A stretch of DNA of 39,553 bases from a virus (lineage: Duplodnaviria; Caudoviricetes). The stretch is taken from the IMG/VR virus record IMGVR_UViG_3300017747_002052, positions 1 to 39,553 of that record; one strand, given 5' to 3'. The number at the start of each line of letters is the position of its first letter. Position 1 is the stretch's first letter. The translations under genes and the position numbers were made by a program. Of this stretch, positions 35,307-39,553 are shown in pieces. Below the pieces are notes generated by a model, which worked only from the letters and a program-made list of their open reading frames with translations, had not been told where the DNA came from and searched no databases.

Positions 35307-35821
35307 TTGTTGTTCACCTCACCAGATATAAATTGAATTTCCCACCCGTTTTGAGTGTAAAAATCATAAAACAATGTTGGATTTAAGTTATAAAACCCAT
35401 GATTCATCATACTAACAGGCGGAGTATGAAATATATATCCACCTTCTTTTACCGCATTGGCAGCGTTGATTAATGCTTGACCAATATTAAAACAATGTTC
35501 AGTTGTGCCGCAATCTAGCACTAGTCCATATTCACCCAAGTCACAAGGCTGGTTTAAGTCTACTATTTCCTCAATGCCACGCGATGCGACTATATCAACA
35601 CATTTTAAACTAAATCCCATCTTTGTAAATAAATCAACAGTCTCGGGTAGCGGATAGTCTTTTCTATGCCATCTATTATTTTCTGTAAACTTTTCTGGCT
35701 TATGCCCTGTAATAAACTGTGCCTCCTCTGGAGTACATACAATATCAGGATAAGATAGGCTTAATACATTAGTTGGCTCTATCTTAGAAATAATTGTCAG
35801 TCCACTGGCTTTAATGCCCAA
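35168..35821 (-). CDS. Class I SAM-dependent methyltransferase (sugar/small-molecule type)
   Basis: VDI...VDLN...VLD.GT.EH.FN...A..N....VK.GG...H.P...NHGFYN..P. Confidence 0.75.
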   Translation of the reverse strand: MGIKASGLTIISKIEPTNVLSLSYPDIVCTPEEAQFITGHKPEKFTENNRWHRKDYPLPETVDLFTKMGFSLKCVDIVASRGIEEIVDLNQPCDLGEYGLVLDCGTTEHCFNIGQALINAANAVKEGGYIFHTPPVSMMNHGFYNLNPTLFYDFYTQNGWEIQFISGEVNNKWFNIDAVGRARVQQEASLMVLAKRLNKQPLKYPIQSKYLNNPMLK

Positions 35822-36413
35822 AAATCACATCCCTTCCTATTTTAGCCAGTTCTTTGTATTTTAACCCATCTAGCAATTCTCTCGCTTTGTAATCTTGCTT
35901 ATGATGAGGCAAGTCTTTTTCTTCAATAATCACAATAGGACTATATTTTTTCAATTGCTCAACCATTCCGTATAGCGCATTAAACTCATAGCCTTCAATG
36001 TCTAGTTTAATGAAGTCTAACGCGCCAAAATCAGGCATAGGACGCAATTTAATGTCATCGCCTTGTGTCACATGCCAACATCCTGAATTGTTGCCTTGTG
36101 ATAGGCTTCCTGTGTGTTCTGTAGCGCTTAAACCGAATTTAGACAGAATAACATTATTGCAATCGGCTGTATTTAAGACTAAACATTCAAAATTATCAGG
36201 ATTAGGTTCAAATGCACAAACGCAATCAAACCTAGTTGATAAATATCGAGTCCAACTACCAACATGCGCACCACCATCCACAGCCACATCAAACTTTTTA
36301 ACGAAACTTAACGCCAAGTCTAAATTATCTTGTTCAAATACATCAGCACCTTTAAAGTAGTTGCTGAAATAAGCGTCACCATCAGGAACATAAGTATTTC
36401 TAACGAGTTGCAT
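35811..36413 (-). CDS. FkbM-family O-methyltransferase
   Basis: AVDGGAHVG, AFEP, FIKLDIEGYE...L.G. Confidence 0.88.
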   Translation of the reverse strand: MQLVRNTYVPDGDAYFSNYFKGADVFEQDNLDLALSFVKKFDVAVDGGAHVGSWTRYLSTRFDCVCAFEPNPDNFECLVLNTADCNNVILSKFGLSATEHTGSLSQGNNSGCWHVTQGDDIKLRPMPDFGALDFIKLDIEGYEFNALYGMVEQLKKYSPIVIIEEKDLPHHKQDYKARELLDGLKYKELAKIGRDVIFGH

Positions 36414-36591
36414 GCCTATCTCTCACTCTTGCCAAAAACTCAGCAGCGCCTTGTTTGGTGTAATCATCAAATAGAAATCTGCCATTACTTTCTTCAATTA
36501 CTTTTTTTGCTACTTCCAAATAAGGCGTATCTATTCCAAGATTAAACTTTTCTATAAAGTGTTTTCTTGCATAAATTTGATATTTTTTCAT
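36400..36591 (-). CDS. Hypothetical protein
   Basis: Coupled ORF within the cassette. Confidence 0.6.
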   Translation of the reverse strand: MKKYQIYARKHFIEKFNLGIDTPYLEVAKKVIEESNGRFLFDDYTKQGAAEFLARVRDRHATR

Positions 36592-37283
36592 TAATATCGA
36601 CTCAATTGATAATCACCAACCAACGGCTCAATAGCATCATAATACTCTTTCCACCATTTATCTGCTTGTCCTTTGTCTTGGTAATCAGTAAAGCAAGGTG
36701 TTCCTATGGTGTAGTGAATCAAACTCACCTCTTTATCTTGGTATTCGGAATCTAGCCAATTCCATTCTAGAGAAATTTCACCTACTAAATCATCCGTTAA
36801 CCATGTGAATCTGTGTAGCTGTGCGCCTGTAGAATTTTGGATAAATTCAGGCGTTAGCGTTTGATTTGCAGGGTGTTCACAGTTCCAAAGAATAACGCTA
36901 GACCAATTCTTGCGAGGATAGTCTGCATTGTCATTGCCTAGATACTTTTTGCTAAACTTAGTCTTATAATTATGCTTAACCACCATCACGGCTTTTGAGT
37001 CATCTCTCAACTCAAATAGTTTAGCAATGTCATCTTGGCAAGTCATATCACCATCTGCAAAGATAGCCCATCCTTTGAAGCTTTGCATATAAGGCACTAG
37101 AAAACGAGAGTAGATGAAAGCATTCGAGCCATCGGTATGCGTTTCTTTATAAATACCCTTCATTGCGTTTAATGCAAGAGGAATAAAAGATACAGGTTCG
37201 CTAGATTTACTTAAGACAGACTGACAAAATACGTGATATGCCACCGCCTCACGTTTGTCATAACCTACATAAACGTTAATCAT
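36591..37283 (-). CDS. GT8-like glycosyltransferase
   Basis: VYVGYD.RE..AY.V...S; F.YSRFLVP; FADGDM; RKNWSSVILWN; HYT.GTP. Confidence 0.85.
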   Translation of the reverse strand: MINVYVGYDKREAVAYHVFCQSVLSKSSEPVSFIPLALNAMKGIYKETHTDGSNAFIYSRFLVPYMQSFKGWAIFADGDMTCQDDIAKLFELRDDSKAVMVVKHNYKTKFSKKYLGNDNADYPRKNWSSVILWNCEHPANQTLTPEFIQNSTGAQLHRFTWLTDDLVGEISLEWNWLDSEYQDKEVSLIHYTIGTPCFTDYQDKGQADKWWKEYYDAIEPLVGDYQLSRY

Positions 37284-37480
37284 AATTCTACAATAGTTCC
37301 ATTAACGTATTTAACATTATGTTTTTTACACGCTTCGTTATGACGTTTTATTTGAGTTTCATTTAATTCATTTATCTTATGAACGTCAGATAACCCATAT
37401 TTATTTTCTAAATCATGCCATTCATAAGATGTTCTGTTATTTAATTTATCTAAATCATTTAAGAATGTTTGCAAGCTCAT
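37280..37480 (-). CDS. Hypothetical protein
   Basis: Coupled ORF within the cassette. Confidence 0.6.
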   Translation of the reverse strand: MSLQTFLNDLDKLNNRTSYEWHDLENKYGLSDVHKINELNETQIKRHNEACKKHNVKYVNGTIVEL

Positions 37481-38792
37481 TTTTCACCTCATTAATAGCA
37501 TTATCCCACGTCTTACCTTGTCTAAACAATTGTACCGAATCACCCCACATGTATCTATCTTGTGAGTATCTCCAACTAGGTTTATTAGGCACTAACACTA
37601 AACACTTCTTACCTAATCCTGCACATAAATGGACTATAGCCGTCTGTACACTGATGACTAAATCCAACTCATCCACTAAAGCAGCAGTATCATCATAATC
37701 ATTGGTTTCCGTGGCTCTAGACCAATGATGTATTTTAATTCCGTGGTTCTGTTCAAACTCGGTTAAATCAGGCTTTTTATACTGCAAGCTGATAAACGTA
37801 GCGTCTTGTTTTAAGATAGGTAATAACTGTTCAAGTTCTACACATCTACGCTCTGAATGCGTGTCTTTTAATCCGCCTGTCCAAGCAATCCCAATTTTAG
37901 GCTTATCGCCTAAAGAATCAAGCAATGCCCTCCACTGTAATTTACGCTCTGAATCTGCAATTAAGTAAGGCTTACCATGAAAATCACTATCTTTAGTGCG
38001 ATAGTGCCACCCTAACGACCCTATTAAGCACCATGCTTGCACAGAATCGCTCAATACAGCGTTTTTATCGAATCTTGTACCTTGTACCTTAGCTTCAGGA
38101 AAAGAACGCTTAAAAAGCCCCTCTAAACGTCTGTCACACTCAAGAATAACTTCACTTTTAACGTCATTGAGAATAGATGCAAATGAAATCTCATCGCCTA
38201 TGCCTTGTTCACCTCGAATGTGTAGCTTTTCTACTGGTGAACCATCCCAATACGGCACATCTTGTCTTGGTTCGGCTGTTCTCTGTTTCGAGTTCCCAAC
38301 CATTGCTTCGTAGCCATCCCAACCTTCCACCCAATTGCCTAGCATCAAATTAGCGTAGCCTTTTGTCTCTAGCACATCCCATTGGTCAGGCTCAATTTTG
38401 ATAGATTTATTCACCCATTCTAATGCTTTCTTAGGTTCACACTCATTGACTTCAATCAAAGCCAAGTTATTCATTGAAGGGAAGTTTTTAGGATTGATTT
38501 GCAGTGATTTATTAAAGTGCTGTCTAGCTTCTTTTATCAACCCTATTTTCATGCAACACATGCCTAAGTTATTCCAAACTTGGTCACGATGAGGCACAAG
38601 GATAGCAGCTTGTTTTAATAAGTTATACGCCATGCCATAGCGTTCTGCTTTTAAGAATACATACGAGGCAAGAAACAAAGCCCTAGCATCACTAGGGTCG
38701 TCATTAAGGATATTAGAAGCAATGCGCAATGCTTCGTCTGGTTCGTCACCTTCTGCTAATTGCAGGGCGAGTTCTAGTCTATCGGTGGACAA
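37455..38792 (-). CDS. TPR-repeat protein fused to a GT-B (GT9-like) glycosyltransferase domain
   Basis: About 4-5 TPRs (WNNLG, NNLA), then EQGIGDEI.FAS, KIGIAW.GG, FISLQY, DTAALV..LDLVISV.TA.VHL...LG. Confidence 0.85.
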   Translation of the reverse strand: MSTDRLELALQLAEGDEPDEALRIASNILNDDPSDARALFLASYVFLKAERYGMAYNLLKQAAILVPHRDQVWNNLGMCCMKIGLIKEARQHFNKSLQINPKNFPSMNNLALIEVNECEPKKALEWVNKSIKIEPDQWDVLETKGYANLMLGNWVEGWDGYEAMVGNSKQRTAEPRQDVPYWDGSPVEKLHIRGEQGIGDEISFASILNDVKSEVILECDRRLEGLFKRSFPEAKVQGTRFDKNAVLSDSVQAWCLIGSLGWHYRTKDSDFHGKPYLIADSERKLQWRALLDSLGDKPKIGIAWTGGLKDTHSERRCVELEQLLPILKQDATFISLQYKKPDLTEFEQNHGIKIHHWSRATETNDYDDTAALVDELDLVISVQTAIVHLCAGLGKKCLVLVPNKPSWRYSQDRYMWGDSVQLFRQGKTWDNAINEVKNELANILK

Positions 38793-39111
38793 GGTTAGTG
38801 GTTTTTAAGTAGGAGTATTCAGGTTTATTAATCATTTTTATTAATTCTTTTACGTCATTAATATTAACACCTTTTGCGTGCCATTCAGTCAAAACACCAG
38901 CAGGAATATGACCATAATGAAGCATGTCGTTTTTCATGCCTTTGCGCGTGTAGTCGGAATCTAACTTTAATTCCTTGGTCGCTTCTAATTCGCGGTTTAG
39001 CTGAAAGTCAGTTTGGATAGTTTCAATATGCGTTTCATCGGTTACATCGTCATAATGAAAGTTTGTAATTAACCCTGTGAATGGGTCGTAGTCTAATAAT
39101 CGTTTTTCCAT
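38779..39111 (-). CDS. Conserved hypothetical protein downstream of the capsid gene
   Basis: Likely start ATG at 39111 (MEKRLL...); H.G.IP....W...G...N.PEY..LKT. Confidence 0.7.
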   Translation of the reverse strand: MEKRLLDYDPFTGLITNFHYDDVTDETHIETIQTDFQLNRELEATKELKLDSDYTRKGMKNDMLHYGHIPAGVLTEWHAKGVNINDVKELIKMINKPEYSYLKTTNLVHR

Positions 39112-39112
39112 A

Positions 39113-39139
39113 TAAGAAAGGGGATGTTTCCACCCCCTT
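39113..39139 (-). terminator. Terminator-like hairpin AAGGGGGTG-GAAA-CATCCCCTT-TCTT after the capsid gene
   Basis: 9-bp stem with a GNRA loop and a weak U tract, suggesting partial termination. Confidence 0.7.
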
Positions 39140-39147
39140 ATCCTCAA

Positions 39148-39553
39148 CTATAGTGCAGGGTTGATGTCTGAAACTTTACCGCTTGCCTTCTCATTATTAG
39201 AAACAAGTGTTAATTCAGTAAGAATCTGTTTCTTGTTGCTATCGCCAGTTCTAGCTAAGTCGAATGATTGGAAACCACGCAAACTAGCTACAGTCCAGTA
39301 ATCCATATCTAACACTAGGATGTTCTGGTCGCGCATGAAGCGGTTAGGCACAATCTCATGCTCACCAAAGTCTGAGATGTATAAGTCTACACCTGAAACA
39401 ATAGCACCTTGATTCATGCCAGGCACTTCACGGTAACGTGTTGCAATACCGTTGAATGAACCTGATATTTTAGCCTTAGTCGCAGGCCCGGTCATTAACA
39501 CTTTAGGCTCTCCGCCTTGAGTCCAGCACTCTTGAATGACTTTTTTCAAAGCA
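39148..39553 (-). CDS. Major capsid protein, 3' part
   Basis: VDLYISDFG...PNRFM...LARTGDS.K..I..ELTL is typical of the DUF5309 capsid C-terminus and is in frame with 1-734. Confidence 0.9.
   Translation of the reverse strand, partial: ALKKVIQECWTQGGEPKVLMTGPATKAKISGSFNGIATRYREVPGMNQGAIVSGVDLYISDFGEHEIVPNRFMRDQNILVLDMDYWTVASLRGFQSFDLARTGDSNKKQILTELTLVSNNEKASGKVSDINPAL
39431..39553. repeat. Terminal direct repeat, copy 2
   Basis: Exact copy of 1-123. Confidence 0.95.

Overview
This window is a complete, circularly permuted dsDNA tailed-phage genome of about 39,430 bp. Bases 1-123 are repeated exactly at 39431-39553, and the major capsid gene runs across the junction. The virion genes are podovirus-like, in a P22/Sf6-style order on the minus strand: terS, terL, portal, decoration/structural genes, scaffold, major capsid, adaptor, nozzle, ejection proteins, tail fibre, lysis. 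The early region is lambdoid-style, with divergent promoters at ~15.05-15.17 kb. The leftward arm has a Cro-like HTH, a DUF1376-type initiator with internal iterons, two DNA methyltransferases and NinB/NinG. The rightward arm has a Sak-type annealase, SSB, many small ORFs and a tRNA-Arg(UCU). I see no integrase, CI-like repressor or polymerase. The SSB resembles betaproteobacterial (Methylophilaceae-like) SSBs, which is an inference. The most notable features are: (1) a five-enzyme glycosyltransferase/methyltransferase cassette between the capsid and head-tail adaptor genes, a candidate virion glycosylation system; (2) a C5 DNA methyltransferase split over two almost fully overlapping same-strand frames; (3) a conserved AACG-stem G(T/A)GA-loop hairpin upstream of four virion genes, one with an apparent ATC start codon; (4) similar N-terminal leader peptides on the capsid and the gp7-like ejection protein; (5) a tandem array of structured RNA units just before the terminator preceding the late genes. 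All family assignments come from motif recognition by eye; no searches were run.
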